This document shows positions 41,624-51,312 of a stretch of DNA of 64,000 nucleotides, in pieces. Under the pieces are notes generated by a model that made no database searches, was not told the origin of the DNA, and saw nothing but the letters and a program-made list of their open reading frames with translations. Positions within the stretch are counted from its first letter, which is position 1; each line of letters starts with the position of its first letter. Origin of the DNA: Candidatus Dormiibacterota bacterium (GTDB taxonomy: Bacteria; Chloroflexota; Dormibacteria; Aeolococcales; Aeolococcaceae); NCBI GenBank assembly GCA_963777285.1, contig CAVZPR010000002.1, positions 1,101,972-1,165,971 on the forward strand, read 5' to 3'. Made by a program: the position numbers and the translations under genes.

Positions 41624-42618
41624 TCGATTGCAGCGGCGGCCCAGGTCACGCCCGCGCCGAAGGCGGCCATGAGGACCCGGTCACCCTCGTGCAGACGCCC
41701 CGTCGCGTCGGCCTCGGCGAGCGCCAGAGGGATCGAGGCGGCGCTCGTGTTTCCCATGCGGTCGATGTTGGTCATGACGCGTGCCATTGGAACACCGAGG
41801 CGCTTGACCGCCGCCTCGATGATGCGGAGGTTGGCTTGGTGGGGCACGACGAGGTCGACGTCAGACGCAGACCAGCCGGCGTCAGCGAGCACTTCGCGCG
41901 ATATCTCACTGATGCGCTCCACGGCGAGCCGGAATGTGCCCTTGCCCGACATCCGCATGGCGTCGCCGCCGTCGGCGTCGCCTTCGCGAGGCCCGTAGTA
42001 GATCAGGTCCGCCTCGTCGCCGTCGGCCGCCCAGCGGGTCGCCTTGACGCCGCCGGAAGGCACCACCCCCACCACGGTCGCACCGGAGCCGTCGCCGAAG
42101 AGCACGCACGTCGACCTGTCGGTGAAGTCGACCAGCGGCGTGAGCGCCTCCGCGCCCACGAGGAGCACCGTGTCCGCGCTGCCGGCCGCGATCAGCGATC
42201 GCGCCAGGATCAGACCGTAGATGTACCCCGAGCACGCAGCGTTCACGTCGAACGCGGGGATGCCGCCAAGTCCGAGCCGGCGCTGCACCAGGCATGCGGT
42301 CGACGGCACCCGCGTGTCCCCGGTGCAGGTGGCGACGATCAGGGCGTCGACCGCGCCCACCCCCGCAGCCTCCATGGCGCGGCGGCCGGCCTCGGCTCCC
42401 ATGATGGATGCCGTCAGCCCCGAGCCCGCCCGGCGCCGCTCGCGTATCCCGGTGCGCTCCAGGATCCATGCGTCCGACGTCTGGACCATCGCCTCCAGGT
42501 CGGCGTTGCTGAGGCGATCGTCGGGGATGAAGCTGCCGGTGGCCAGCAGGCCCGCGTGGCGTGCGGCGGTCGCGGCGCCGCCGGCGGGCTGCGTCGCAGG
42601 GGCGGAGAGCGGCGGCAT
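41599..42618 (-). CDS. fabH: 3-oxoacyl-ACP synthase III
   Basis: ATG at 42618 (MPPLSAP..). It has ..AFDVNAACSGYIYGL.. (active-site Cys), ..VPHQANLRII.. and ..GNTSAASIPLAL... The upstream 360 aa of the 700-aa ORF are Arg/Pro-rich and are rejected. Confidence 0.9.
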   Translation of the reverse strand: MPPLSAPATQPAGGAATAARHAGLLATGSFIPDDRLSNADLEAMVQTSDAWILERTGIRERRRAGSGLTASIMGAEAGRRAMEAAGVGAVDALIVATCTGDTRVPSTACLVQRRLGLGGIPAFDVNAACSGYIYGLILARSLIAAGSADTVLLVGAEALTPLVDFTDRSTCVLFGDGSGATVVGVVPSGGVKATRWAADGDEADLIYYGPREGDADGGDAMRMSGKGTFRLAVERISEISREVLADAGWSASDVDLVVPHQANLRIIEAAVKRLGVPMARVMTNIDRMGNTSAASIPLALAEADATGRLHEGDRVLMAAFGAGVTWAAAAIEWTSSPPR

Positions 42619-42687
42619 CGCGGTCAGAAGCCCGCTCCGGAGGGGCGGGTTACGACGCCCCTCACCGCAGCCGCGCGCGGTGCTATC

Positions 42688-43140
42688 GTGGCCGGCGCGA
42701 TGATGGTCGCGGCCGGTAGCAACAACGCGTTCGCCATCAACGGTTTCACCGGTCTGAGCAACACGCAGATCTTTTCGTTCTTCTTCATGTTCCTGCTGTT
42801 CAACGGATACGTGGTGCTCGAGGCCGCCTCGCTGGCCGCGTTCTATGTGACGTCGAAGCCGCGGCACGGACGGGTCCGCACCGCTGCTGTCTGGCATTTC
42901 ATCGCGGCGATGTTCTTCATGCTCGCATTCGTGAGCACGGTTTGGGGCGCTCCGGCGGAGAAGTCGTTCATCGGCACGAGCGCGCCGCCATACGAGCTGG
43001 GCATCTCCATACGCGCCGTGGCCCTCTTCATCGGCGTCGGTCTCTTCGCCCTTCCGGGCGTGCTCTGCATGCTCATCGGGTTCGTGGTCGGCGCCAGGCA
43101 GAAGCGCCAGATTCGCGAGGAGGCCTACGCCACGGCATAG
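42688..43140 (+). CDS. hypothetical 4-TM membrane protein
   Basis: It is divergent from fabH, with a start at GTG 42688 or ATG 42700. TM segments are IVAGAMMVAAG, IFSFFFMFLLFNGYVVL, VWHFIAAMFFMLAFVSTVW and ALFIGVGLFALPGVLCMLIGFVV. Confidence 0.5.
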   Translation: MAGAMMVAAGSNNAFAINGFTGLSNTQIFSFFFMFLLFNGYVVLEAASLAAFYVTSKPRHGRVRTAAVWHFIAAMFFMLAFVSTVWGAPAEKSFIGTSAPPYELGISIRAVALFIGVGLFALPGVLCMLIGFVVGARQKRQIREEAYATA

Positions 43141-43154
43141 GCCTGGGGGCGGCC

Positions 43155-43655
43155 TCAGCTCAGCGCGAAGCTGAGGATGGTCGCCGGGTTCAGCAGGCCG
43201 AACGGCCGCTGCACCGCGTGGGTCTCGGTGGTGATGGTGGTGATCCAGAGGGCCGAGAGGTTGGTGACGGGCAGGAAGTCGCCCGGATGGCGCTCGAGGT
43301 GGTCCTGCAGGTCGTGCCCCGGCGCCAGGTGGACGTCTCCCACCAGTGAGAACGCCGCCGTGTTGATGGATGCGGCGTGGGGCACCATCTCCCGCCACAT
43401 CACCGAGTTCCCCTCCGTGCTCTGCTCCAGCGGACAGACCAGGATGATGCCCGCCTTGGCGATCGTCATCCGCGGCTCGGGGCGGCTGAGGACCGGGTAG
43501 TTGACCGACAGCGGCTCTGAGCGGCAGTTCCGCACCGTGAGAAAGGCGCCGTAGCGGTTCACGCTGTCGCTGAGGCGGTCGACGCCGAGCACCTCCATCT
43601 CCCCGGTCACCTTGATGAAGGTTCCGTAGACCTCGACGCCCGCCCAGCCGCTCAC
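43155..43655 (-). CDS. hypothetical protein built from two homologous ~75-aa modules
   Basis: 166 aa. It has an internal repeat: GTFIKVTGEMEVLGVDRLSDSVNRYGAFLTVRN versus AAFSLVGDVHLAPGHDLQDHLERHPGDFLPVTN. No family recognised. Confidence 0.5.
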   Translation of the reverse strand: MSGWAGVEVYGTFIKVTGEMEVLGVDRLSDSVNRYGAFLTVRNCRSEPLSVNYPVLSRPEPRMTIAKAGIILVCPLEQSTEGNSVMWREMVPHAASINTAAFSLVGDVHLAPGHDLQDHLERHPGDFLPVTNLSALWITTITTETHAVQRPFGLLNPATILSFALS

Positions 43656-43733
43656 CGCCGGGCGCCCGCGACCGTGGCGAACCCGGCCTTGGGCCGGTCA
43701 CGTATCCTTGGCGCCGCCTCGGGCAGATCGAAC

Positions 43734-43871
43734 ATGGTTGAGCGCCTCATCATCGCCCTGCGGAATGACTTCGGATGCCTCGTCATCATCGTGGCATTCC
43801 TCGTGATCATGATCTCGACCATCGTATTCGCCAACATAATCACGCCTCCGTCCAACAACCCCTTCGTTTGA
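43734..43871 (+). CDS. putative 45-aa single-TM micro-protein upstream of the Rieske gene
   Basis: Translation MVERLIIALRNDFGCLVIIVAFLVIMISTIVFANIITPPSNNPFV. GC3 is clearly higher in this frame than in the antisense acidic ORF 43698-43913. Confidence 0.35.
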   Translation: MVERLIIALRNDFGCLVIIVAFLVIMISTIVFANIITPPSNNPFV

Positions 43872-43937
43872 GGCGGCGGCGGACGGGCGGATCAATAGAA
43901 TGGGGCCCGTCACCGTCCCCTACGCGTTGAGGGTCGC

Positions 43938-44606
43938 ATGGCGCTGAATCCGTACGACACCCCCCGGGGCCGCCTGCGTGCGCGCGCCGAGACGACGCGG
44001 CGTCAGTTCCTGCTGTTGATGGGCACCCTGGGAGCGGTGGGCGCAACCCTCTTCGGCGGCTTCGAGCTGCTCAAGTTCATGTTCCCCGCAGCCACCTCGG
44101 AAGCCCCGCTTAAGTTCAAGACCGACTTCACGTTCGACGACCTCACCGGCGGCGTCTCCGGCGGCAAGGCAAAGAACGGTGCCACGGTGCGCTCCATCAC
44201 CACGGACCGCGTGACGGTCGTTCTCGATGACGCCGGCATCTACGCGGTGTTCCTGGTGTGCACCCACCTCGGGTGCACGCCCAACTACGTCACCGACGTG
44301 GTGAGCGGTTCGGGTGTCGACCCCAGCGTGGCCGCGGCCCGGGGTGACCGCACCGGCGCCGAGAAGATCCCCAACGGCTGGGCATGTCCGTGTCACGGCA
44401 GCCGCTACTACATCAACTCGACGAACTTCTACGGACCCGCGCCGCGCCCCATGGATTGGGTGAGCATCGAAGTCGCCCCCGACAACTTTTTCGTCGTCGA
44501 CCGCGGCAACATCGTCGCCTACCGGCAGCCCGGGGACCAGACGCCTCCCGAGTGGCGGCTCCTGGTCACGACCAAGAGAGACAACGGCAAGACGCTGGGC
44601 GTCTGA
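43938..44606 (+). CDS. qcrA: Rieske [2Fe-2S] subunit of a cytochrome bc-type complex
   Basis: It has a twin-arginine signal ..[18 protein letters not shown].. and the Rieske boxes CTHLGC and CPCHGS. Confidence 0.9.
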   Translation: MALNPYDTPRGRLRARAETTRRQFLLLMGTLGAVGATLFGGFELLKFMFPAATSEAPLKFKTDFTFDDLTGGVSGGKAKNGATVRSITTDRVTVVLDDAGIYAVFLVCTHLGCTPNYVTDVVSGSGVDPSVAAARGDRTGAEKIPNGWACPCHGSRYYINSTNFYGPAPRPMDWVSIEVAPDNFFVVDRGNIVAYRQPGDQTPPEWRLLVTTKRDNGKTLGV

Positions 44607-44620
44607 GGAGAGGAGAACCG

Positions 44621-45352
44621 ATGAGCGCCACCCCGCGGGAAGCCAGCCCGATCCGCGCCTTCGTGGCGCAGGTGTGGGGCTCGATATTCCGCCACGGGCT
44701 GCCCACCACCGACAAGGTCGCCGCGCGTACCGCGCTGACCAACTTCTTCCTGCACATACACCCGGTGCGCGTGAAGAAGTCGGCGATCCGCGTCTCCTAC
44801 ACGCTGTGCCTCGGTGGCCTCTCGTTCTTCCTGTTCATCCTGCTGACGATCACCGGCCTGTTCCTCATGTTCTATTACATCCCGTCGGTCGATCAGGCCT
44901 ACCAGAACATCAAGGATCTGCAGTTCGTCGCGACGTTCGGTCTGGTGATCCGCAACATGCACCGCTGGGCCGCGCACGGCATGGTCATCACTGTCTGGCT
45001 GCACATGGCGCGCGTGTTCTACCAGGGCGCGTACAAGCCGCCGCGAGAGTTCAACTGGGCGATCGGCACGCTGCTGCTGCTGACCACGCTGCTTCTGTCC
45101 TTCTCCGGCTACCTGCTGCCCTGGGACCAGCTCGCCGTGTGGGCCATCACCGTGGGCACGAACATGGCCAAGTACGCACCCATCGCGGGACCGTACACGC
45201 GCTACCTGCTGCTCGGCGGCCGCACCGTCGCGCAGGGCGCGCTGATCCGGTTCTACGTCTTACACGTGATCGCCTTACCCCTGATCGGCTTCTTATTAAT
45301 GGTCGTACACTTCTGGCGCGTTCGAAAGGACGGGTTCACGGGAGGCCTCTGA
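44621..45352 (+). CDS. qcrB: cytochrome b6-type subunit (N-terminal four-helix half of cytochrome b)
   Basis: ATG 44621 is preceded by GGAGAGGAG. It has ..[35 protein letters not shown].. and ..[23 protein letters not shown].., which include the heme-ligand His residues. Confidence 0.9.
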   Translation: MSATPREASPIRAFVAQVWGSIFRHGLPTTDKVAARTALTNFFLHIHPVRVKKSAIRVSYTLCLGGLSFFLFILLTITGLFLMFYYIPSVDQAYQNIKDLQFVATFGLVIRNMHRWAAHGMVITVWLHMARVFYQGAYKPPREFNWAIGTLLLLTTLLLSFSGYLLPWDQLAVWAITVGTNMAKYAPIAGPYTRYLLLGGRTVAQGALIRFYVLHVIALPLIGFLLMVVHFWRVRKDGFTGGL

Positions 45353-45930
45353 TGGCGACTGTCGTGGGCGGCGGCAACGGCGAGGGCCGCGGACGGACGG
45401 CTCAGGAGATGGGCTCGCGCGCGGCCGCCGGCCGCACCATCACCGGGCCGGAGCTCGCCGCTCCGCCGCTGGTCGTCCGCCGCCGCGAGGAGGAGGAGAC
45501 GGTCGTCACCTTCCCGCATCTGGTGTGGAAGGAGTTCCTCGCGGGTCTTGCCGCTTTCGTGTTTCTCATGGCCGTGTCGATCCAGGTCAACGCGCCGCTG
45601 CTGCAGCGGGCCAACACGGCGATCACGCCCAACCCGGCCAAGGCGCCCTGGTACTTCGTCGGCCTGCAGGAGCTCCTGGAGCGCTTTCCACCGGTCATGG
45701 CCGGTGTGGCGTTCCCGTCCTTCGTGATCATCTTCATGATCCTCACGCCGTACCTCGACCGCAATCCGAGCCGGCGTCCCCAGGACCGCAAGGTGGCGAT
45801 CGTGCTCTTCACCATCTATGCCTGTCTGGCGGTGGCGTTCGTCGTCATCGGCGTCTTCTTCCGCAGCCTCGCCTTCAACTGGGACTGGACCATGATCCTC
45901 GGACATCCAGGGCTGTCGTCCCCGGTATGA
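45352..45930 (+). CDS. subunit IV-like protein (C-terminal half of cytochrome b)
   Basis: ATG 45352 overlaps the upstream stop. It has a PEWY-box variant ..NPAKAPWYFVGLQELLE.. and three TM segments, plus a ~45-aa hydrophilic N-terminal extension. Confidence 0.8.
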   Translation: MATVVGGGNGEGRGRTAQEMGSRAAAGRTITGPELAAPPLVVRRREEEETVVTFPHLVWKEFLAGLAAFVFLMAVSIQVNAPLLQRANTAITPNPAKAPWYFVGLQELLERFPPVMAGVAFPSFVIIFMILTPYLDRNPSRRPQDRKVAIVLFTIYACLAVAFVVIGVFFRSLAFNWDWTMILGHPGLSSPV

Positions 45931-46877
45931 CGCGGCTCTTCGTCGCGCTGAGCGCGGCACTGCTGGTGCTGGTCGGCATCGCGGCGGCGCGCGACACCTC
46001 GGCGCGGGAGTACCTGGCCATCCAGGAGCAGTACCAGAAGGACTACCCGGGCTCCAACTTCGACGTCTCGGTGCAGCAGCTGTTCCCCACGTTTCCCGAC
46101 GCCACCGTCGGCGGCACGTTCCGCGTGGAGCGTTGCATCTCGTGCCACGTGCCCGACATCGCGACGGTCGGCCCTGAGGTGGCTGCGCAGCGGCTGAGCC
46201 AGGACTTCTTCAAGTACGAGCCGGACGCCAAGCAGATCGCTGCGGAGTACCACCTCACCGGCACCCATCCCGCGTACGTCACCCCGAACGGGGGCAACTA
46301 TCCTGCCTCGATCAGCTACGCGCAGTACGGCGCCGACGGCTTCACCTCGTACACGTACACGCTCAACGGCAAGCCGCAGACCGCTGACCTCCCCGGGTTC
46401 CTGCCGACCTTCCTCAACCCGACGACCAACAGCACCACAGGCCGGCTCGGCATCGACGCCATCGGCTGCATCGTCTGCCACAACGGCAGCCGCCTGGCGC
46501 TCGACGAGACCGATGCGCACCAGAACCTCATCGTCAACCCCGAGTACTCGTTCACAGAGGGCGCGGCGCTGTACTACAAGAACTGCGCCATCTGCCATGG
46601 CGGTCTTGGCGAGGGCGGGGTCGGACCGCCGCTCAACAACCAGGACCGCCTGGGGTTCTTCAACGAGGACTACTACTACCGCTGCATCGAGTACGGGTTC
46701 ACCGACTTCGAGCACTACGGCAGCGTCATGCCCGACTGGGGCGGCCCGGCTCCCGATTTCACCTACGACCCGACGCGCGACAAGCAGCGTCCCGGACCAC
46801 GCATCCTCAGCGATACGCAAATCGCGATCCTCATCCAGTTCATCCGCCACTGGGAGGACTACTCGACGCTGCCATGA
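45927..46877 (+). CDS. membrane-anchored triheme cytochrome c
   Basis: ATG 45927 overlaps the upstream stop. It has an N-terminal anchor LFVALSAALLVLVGIAAA and three CxxCH motifs (CISCH, CIVCH, CAICH). Confidence 0.85.
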   Translation: MTRLFVALSAALLVLVGIAAARDTSAREYLAIQEQYQKDYPGSNFDVSVQQLFPTFPDATVGGTFRVERCISCHVPDIATVGPEVAAQRLSQDFFKYEPDAKQIAAEYHLTGTHPAYVTPNGGNYPASISYAQYGADGFTSYTYTLNGKPQTADLPGFLPTFLNPTTNSTTGRLGIDAIGCIVCHNGSRLALDETDAHQNLIVNPEYSFTEGAALYYKNCAICHGGLGEGGVGPPLNNQDRLGFFNEDYYYRCIEYGFTDFEHYGSVMPDWGGPAPDFTYDPTRDKQRPGPRILSDTQIAILIQFIRHWEDYSTLP

Positions 46878-46996
46878 GACGCAGAACCCTCGCCCGCGAC
46901 GTCATCGGCACCGCGCTGATGTTCGTGGCACTGCTCCTCTTCGTCGTGCTCATCATTCTCGGTGAGCATTTCCTCGACAACTTCAAGGCGCACTGA
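46874..46996 (+). CDS. putative 40-aa single-TM micro-protein
   Basis: ATG overlaps the cytochrome c stop (ATGA). Translation is MRRRTLARDVIGTALMFVALLLFVVLIILGEHFLDNFKAH. GC3 is high. It is below the 60-aa cut-off of the ORF track. Confidence 0.4.
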   Translation: MRRRTLARDVIGTALMFVALLLFVVLIILGEHFLDNFKAH

Positions 46997-46997
46997 G

Positions 46998-47132
46998 ATG
47001 GCATTGCCGGTCACCGCCGACCTGTACCCCGGCGACGCGGGATGGGGCGACGTGCTGTTCGTCAGCATCTGGGCCGTGGGCACCCTGCTGCTGGCGGCGT
47101 ACTACTGCTACAGGTCGTTCTTCATCCGATGA
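46998..47132 (+). CDS. putative 44-aa single-TM micro-protein
   Basis: ATG lies 1 nt after the previous stop. Translation is MALPVTADLYPGDAGWGDVLFVSIWAVGTLLLAAYYCYRSFFIR. GC3 is high. It is below the ORF-track cut-off. Confidence 0.4.
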   Translation: MALPVTADLYPGDAGWGDVLFVSIWAVGTLLLAAYYCYRSFFIR

Positions 47133-47147
47133 GCGGGCGGCCGCATC

Positions 47148-47567
47148 GTGTCCGGCTCGGGCAGCGCCGCTGCCCGCCCGGCGGTGGCTGAGGCAAGCGG
47201 AGGACGGGTTCTGCGCCGGCCGAACTGGCGTGTCGCCGCAGGCCTGAGCATCCTCCCCGGGCTGGGGCAGTTGTACAACGGCCAGCCGCGAAAAGCGCTC
47301 TTCTTTCTGCTCGGCACCGTGCTCACGATCGGGCCCGGCGTGCTGCTTCTGACGGCCGGCCAGGGTTTCGGTCACTCCCTCTTGGAGGGACACCACTTCG
47401 GCCCCTTCCTGGTGGTCGCGCTCGGATCGGTGCTCATCTTTCTGGTCCTCTTCGTGCTCGGCCTGTTTCTCTGGGCCAGCTCGGCGGCGGACGCGCGGCG
47501 AACCGCGATCGCGTTGCGCGAAGCAGCGCCGGAAGACGCCCAGCGCACCTGGTTCTTCCGGCTGTGA
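47148..47567 (+). CDS. hypothetical membrane protein
   Basis: GTG start. It has ..AAGLSILPGLGQLYNGQPRKALFFLLGTVLTIGPGVLLL.. and a second TM pair FLVVALGSVLIFLVLFVLGLFLW. It is co-directional within the respiratory cluster. Confidence 0.5.
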   Translation: MSGSGSAAARPAVAEASGGRVLRRPNWRVAAGLSILPGLGQLYNGQPRKALFFLLGTVLTIGPGVLLLTAGQGFGHSLLEGHHFGPFLVVALGSVLIFLVLFVLGLFLWASSAADARRTAIALREAAPEDAQRTWFFRL

Positions 47568-47770
47568 GCGAGGAGCGGCGCTCGTTCCTGGAGCGGCTGC
47601 GGGCCCGCCGCCGCCGCGTCTCTGCGCCTGCCCCGACACCGAGGCTGCCGGACCCGGCCAAGCCGCCGTCCAACCGGGGCCCGTGGGATGAAGCGGCCCT
47701 CACCAACGTCGACATCACCGAGGTGGTCAAGCGAGAGATCCGCACCCGGACGCTTCCATGGGAGAAGTGA
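47564..47770 (+). CDS. hypothetical small basic protein
   Basis: GTG overlaps the upstream stop (GTGA). GC3 is very high in this frame. No motif recognised. Confidence 0.4.
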   Translation: MSEERRSFLERLRARRRRVSAPAPTPRLPDPAKPPSNRGPWDEAALTNVDITEVVKREIRTRTLPWEK

Positions 47771-47828
47771 CGCTCGGCGTCGCCGGAATTGGCGGCGCCG
47801 AACGCGCCTATGCGATCATGCGGCGCCG

Positions 47829-48626
47829 ATGAACCTGGTGGCGGCGGTCTGCGGTTCGGGCCCGTGCGTCGACACCTCGCCACTGCACTCCGGTGGCGCC
47901 GTCGACGACCGGATTCAGATGGTCTACACCGCGGTTTTCTGGGCCTCGGTCGCGCTCGGCTCGATTGTGGCGATCCTGCTGCTCTACAGCATGGTGCGCT
48001 TCCGGCGGCGCAGCGACGACGACGAGCCGCGTCAGTTCCACGGCAACACCCGCCTCGAGATCGGCTGGACGCTGCTGCCGCTTTTCGTCTTCCTGTCGCT
48101 GTTCGCGCTCACCGCGGCCAACATGCCGTTTGTCAACGACACGCCGGCGGACGCGCCGATGACCGTCACGGTCATCGGCGTGCAGTTCCAGTGGTCGTTC
48201 GACTATGGCGCGACGTCCGATGGCCGGCGCATCGAGAGCTTCAACACGCTCTTCGTGCCGGCGAACACCGAGGTCGGCCTGAAGATCGTGTCGACCGACC
48301 CGCCGTGCAAGCGCCCCACGGTGCTCGCCTCGGGCCAGACGTTCGCGCAGGCCGTCGCAGCCGAGGGCTGCGGGGTGAACCACAGCTTCTACGCGCCGTC
48401 GCTGGCGGGCCAGATGAACGCGATCCCCGGACAGGTGAACACGATGTGGCTGGACGCTCGCCAGGGCACGTACTACGGTCAGTGCACCGAGCTCTGCGGT
48501 GTCGGCCACGCGCAGATGACGTACACCGTCGTGGCTTTGCCCGCAAGTCAGTTCGAGGCCTGCGTCTTCAACGGCTCGGCCACCGTCGACGCGACTGCAT
48601 CCGCTTGTAAGCTCGGAGGTTCCTGA
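47829..48626 (+). CDS. ctaC: cytochrome c oxidase subunit II (CuA only, no fused cytochrome c domain)
   Basis: It has two TM segments and the CuA site ..HSFYAPSLAGQMNAIPG..GQCTELCGVGHAQM... The start is ATG 47829 or a downstream ATG. Confidence 0.9.
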   Translation: MNLVAAVCGSGPCVDTSPLHSGGAVDDRIQMVYTAVFWASVALGSIVAILLLYSMVRFRRRSDDDEPRQFHGNTRLEIGWTLLPLFVFLSLFALTAANMPFVNDTPADAPMTVTVIGVQFQWSFDYGATSDGRRIESFNTLFVPANTEVGLKIVSTDPPCKRPTVLASGQTFAQAVAAEGCGVNHSFYAPSLAGQMNAIPGQVNTMWLDARQGTYYGQCTELCGVGHAQMTYTVVALPASQFEACVFNGSATVDATASACKLGGS

Positions 48627-50323
48627 TGGCCGTCATGGATGTCACCCTGCCCCGCCCGCGTTTCGCCGCGCGTTGGGACAAGTCGACAGGCATCCTCGGC
48701 TGGCTGACCACGGTCGACCATAAGCGGATCGCGATCATGTACTTGGTCACGACCTTCTTCTTCTTCTTGATAGGCGGCGTCATGGCGTTGCTGATCCGCA
48801 TCCAGCTGGCGGAGCCGCAGAACACATTTCTCACGCCGGAGCAGTACAACCAGATCTTCACCATGCACGGCACCACGATGATCTTTCTCTGGATCATCCC
48901 GGTGTGGGCGGGGTTCGGCAACTACTTCGTGCCGCTGATGATCGGCGCTCGCGACATGGCGTTCCCCCGGATCAACGCGCTGTCGTTCTGGCTGATACCG
49001 CTTGGCGGACTGGTGATGTACTCCGGGTTCCTCGTGCCCGCGGTGATGAACGGCAGCACCGTGATCTGCCCGGGCGGCCCGGGTGACGCCGGCTGGACGG
49101 GGTACGTGCCCCTGACCGAGGCGCACTACAGCTGCAGCATGGGACAGGACCTCTGGATCATCGGCCTGCACCTGCTCGGCGTGTCATCGATGCTGGGTGG
49201 CATCAACTTCGTCACCACGATCCACAACATGCGCGCTCCCGGGATGACGTGGGGACGCCTGCCGCTCTTCGTGTGGGCCCAGGAGATCACGCAGGGTCTC
49301 GTGGTGCTGGCCTCGCCGTTCCTGGCCGGTGCGCTGGCGATGGTGCTGCTCGATCGCCAGATCGGCACCAACTTCTTCGTGGTCAGCCAGGGCGGCAACG
49401 CGCTGCTGTACCAGCTGCTCTTCTGGTTCTACTCACACCCCGCCGTCTACATCATGATCCTGCCGGCCTTCGGGCTCATCAGCGAGATCGTGCCGGTCTT
49501 CAGCCGAAAACCGATCTTCGGCTACAAGGCGATGGCCGCCTCGCTGGCCGCGATCGCGGTTCTGGGCTTCATCGTGTTCGTGCACCACATGTTCGTCACC
49601 GGGCTTCCGCTCGTGGTGCAGACGTTCTTCGCGTTCACGACCATGGTCATCGGCGTGCCCACGGGGGTGAAGATCTTCAACTGGCTGGCGACCATGTGGG
49701 GCGGCAGCATCAGATATGACACGCCCATGCTGTTCGCGTGCGGAATGATCTTGATGTTCCTCATCGGCGGCATCGACGGCGTGTACTCTGGAAGCCTCGC
49801 CGTGGATCGCACCATCCACGGCACGTACTGGGTGGTCTCGCACATCCACTACGTGCTGTTCGGCGGCAGCGTGCTCGGCGTCTTCGGCGCCATCTACTAC
49901 TGGTTCCCCAAGATGAGCGGGCGCTTCCTCAGCGAGAGGCTGGGCAAGCTGCACTTCTGGCTGATGATGATCGGCCTCAACCTCGCGTTCATGCCCATGC
50001 ACATCCTCGGCATCCTGGGCATGCCGCGGCGCATCTCGACGTACCTCGACAACCGGGGCTGGGGCGACCTCAACTCGCTGGTCACCTTCGGGGCATTCCT
50101 CATCGCCATCAGTGTCACGGTGTTCCTGATCAACTTCGTGGTCAGCCTCCGCGCTCCCAAGACCGCCCCTGACGATCCCTGGGAAGGCAACACGCTGGAG
50201 TGGGCCACCTCGTCGCCTCCACCCAAGCACAACTTCGACGAGGTCCCCGAGGTGCACAGCGGCCGTCCCGTGCGCGACCGGCGCATCGCCGCGCGCTCGG
50301 CCCCCGCGGGGGTGACCGTGTGA
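48626..50323 (+). CDS. ctaD: cytochrome c oxidase subunit I
   Basis: 565 aa with ..TVDHKRIAIMY.., ..GFGNYFVPLMIGARDMAFPR.., ..WFYSHPAVYIMILPAFG.. and ..HHMFVTG... Its ATG overlaps the subunit II stop. Confidence 0.97.
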   Translation: MAVMDVTLPRPRFAARWDKSTGILGWLTTVDHKRIAIMYLVTTFFFFLIGGVMALLIRIQLAEPQNTFLTPEQYNQIFTMHGTTMIFLWIIPVWAGFGNYFVPLMIGARDMAFPRINALSFWLIPLGGLVMYSGFLVPAVMNGSTVICPGGPGDAGWTGYVPLTEAHYSCSMGQDLWIIGLHLLGVSSMLGGINFVTTIHNMRAPGMTWGRLPLFVWAQEITQGLVVLASPFLAGALAMVLLDRQIGTNFFVVSQGGNALLYQLLFWFYSHPAVYIMILPAFGLISEIVPVFSRKPIFGYKAMAASLAAIAVLGFIVFVHHMFVTGLPLVVQTFFAFTTMVIGVPTGVKIFNWLATMWGGSIRYDTPMLFACGMILMFLIGGIDGVYSGSLAVDRTIHGTYWVVSHIHYVLFGGSVLGVFGAIYYWFPKMSGRFLSERLGKLHFWLMMIGLNLAFMPMHILGILGMPRRISTYLDNRGWGDLNSLVTFGAFLIAISVTVFLINFVVSLRAPKTAPDDPWEGNTLEWATSSPPPKHNFDEVPEVHSGRPVRDRRIAARSAPAGVTV

Positions 50324-50346
50324 CGCTGCGGATCCAGGACTGACGA

Positions 50347-51312
50347 ATGCTCACGCGACCGGCGCCTGCGTTCCGGCGGCTCGCCATCGCAGCCGCGGTG
50401 ATCACGTACCTGCTCATCATCATGGGCGGGATCGTTCGCGTCACCGGAAGCGGGCTCGGCTGCGCGGATTCGTGGCCGTCGTGCAATGGCGCTCTGCTGC
50501 CGGCGCTCAACGGACACGCGATCATCGAGTTCCTGCATCGCTCCATCACGGTGCTGACCGGCGCCGCGATCGTCGCCCTCACGGCGTCCGCGTGGCTCTG
50601 GCAGCGCGCGCATCGCCGTCTCGTGGTGGGCGCGAGCGTCGCCGCCTTCCTCTACGTTCTGCAGGCCGCCCTGGGCGCCCTGGTGGTGAAGTACGAGCTT
50701 CCCGGCGGTGTGGTGATGATCCACCTGGCCAACGCGCTGCTTCTGCTCGCCGCGCTGGTGTACGTCGCGCTGCAGGCCAACACCATCGGCACCGGCCGTG
50801 AGCGCGTCCTCAGGAGGGCGGCGCCTCAGGCTGCGGTGGCCGCCGCCGCCACGTACCTGCTCGCCCTCAGCGGCGCCTTCGTGGTCGAGAACGGCGCGGG
50901 CGCGAGTTGCGACGGGTGGCCGCTCTGCGGTGGCGGCTTCCAGCTGCCCTCCGGAGAGCTTGCGGTCATCAACGCGGTGCACCGCATCGTGGTGCTCCTC
51001 GTTGTCGTGCTGCTGGGCGTCACCATGACCGTCGTGCTGCGGCGGCATCCTGGCGATCGGGGGCTGCGGCGCGCGGCGCTTGCGGTCGGCGTCATCGTGA
51101 TCCTGCAGATCGCGGCGGGTGCGCTCGTCGTCGTCCTGGGCCTGCCGGCGGCGCTGCGCGCGCTCCATCTCTCGCTGGCGAGCGCGCTGTGGGCCACGGT
51201 GTTCATCATCGCGGTGCTGACGCGCTTGCCCGCGACGGCGATTGCGGCCGACACGGAGACCGGGGTGCGCGGCGAAGCGCTGCGTCGCCGAGCCGGCGTG
51301 GCCGCGTCATGA
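50347..51312 (+). CDS. ctaA: heme A synthase (CtaA/COX15)
   Basis: It has ..IIMGGIVRVTGSGLGCADSWPSCNG.. and ..IIEFLHRSI.., in an 8-TM layout with repeated His residues. Confidence 0.85.
   Translation: MLTRPAPAFRRLAIAAAVITYLLIIMGGIVRVTGSGLGCADSWPSCNGALLPALNGHAIIEFLHRSITVLTGAAIVALTASAWLWQRAHRRLVVGASVAAFLYVLQAALGALVVKYELPGGVVMIHLANALLLLAALVYVALQANTIGTGRERVLRRAAPQAAVAAAATYLLALSGAFVVENGAGASCDGWPLCGGGFQLPSGELAVINAVHRIVVLLVVVLLGVTMTVVLRRHPGDRGLRRAALAVGVIVILQIAAGALVVVLGLPAALRALHLSLASALWATVFIIAVLTRLPATAIAADTETGVRGEALRRRAGVAAS

Noticed and set aside
42619-43701. N-terminal 360 codons of the 700-aa minus-strand ORF containing fabH
   Set aside because: FabH homology starts at the ATG at 42618. The upstream part is Arg/Pro/Gly/His-rich and overlaps better-supported genes (42688-43140 on the plus strand and 43155-43655 in another minus frame).
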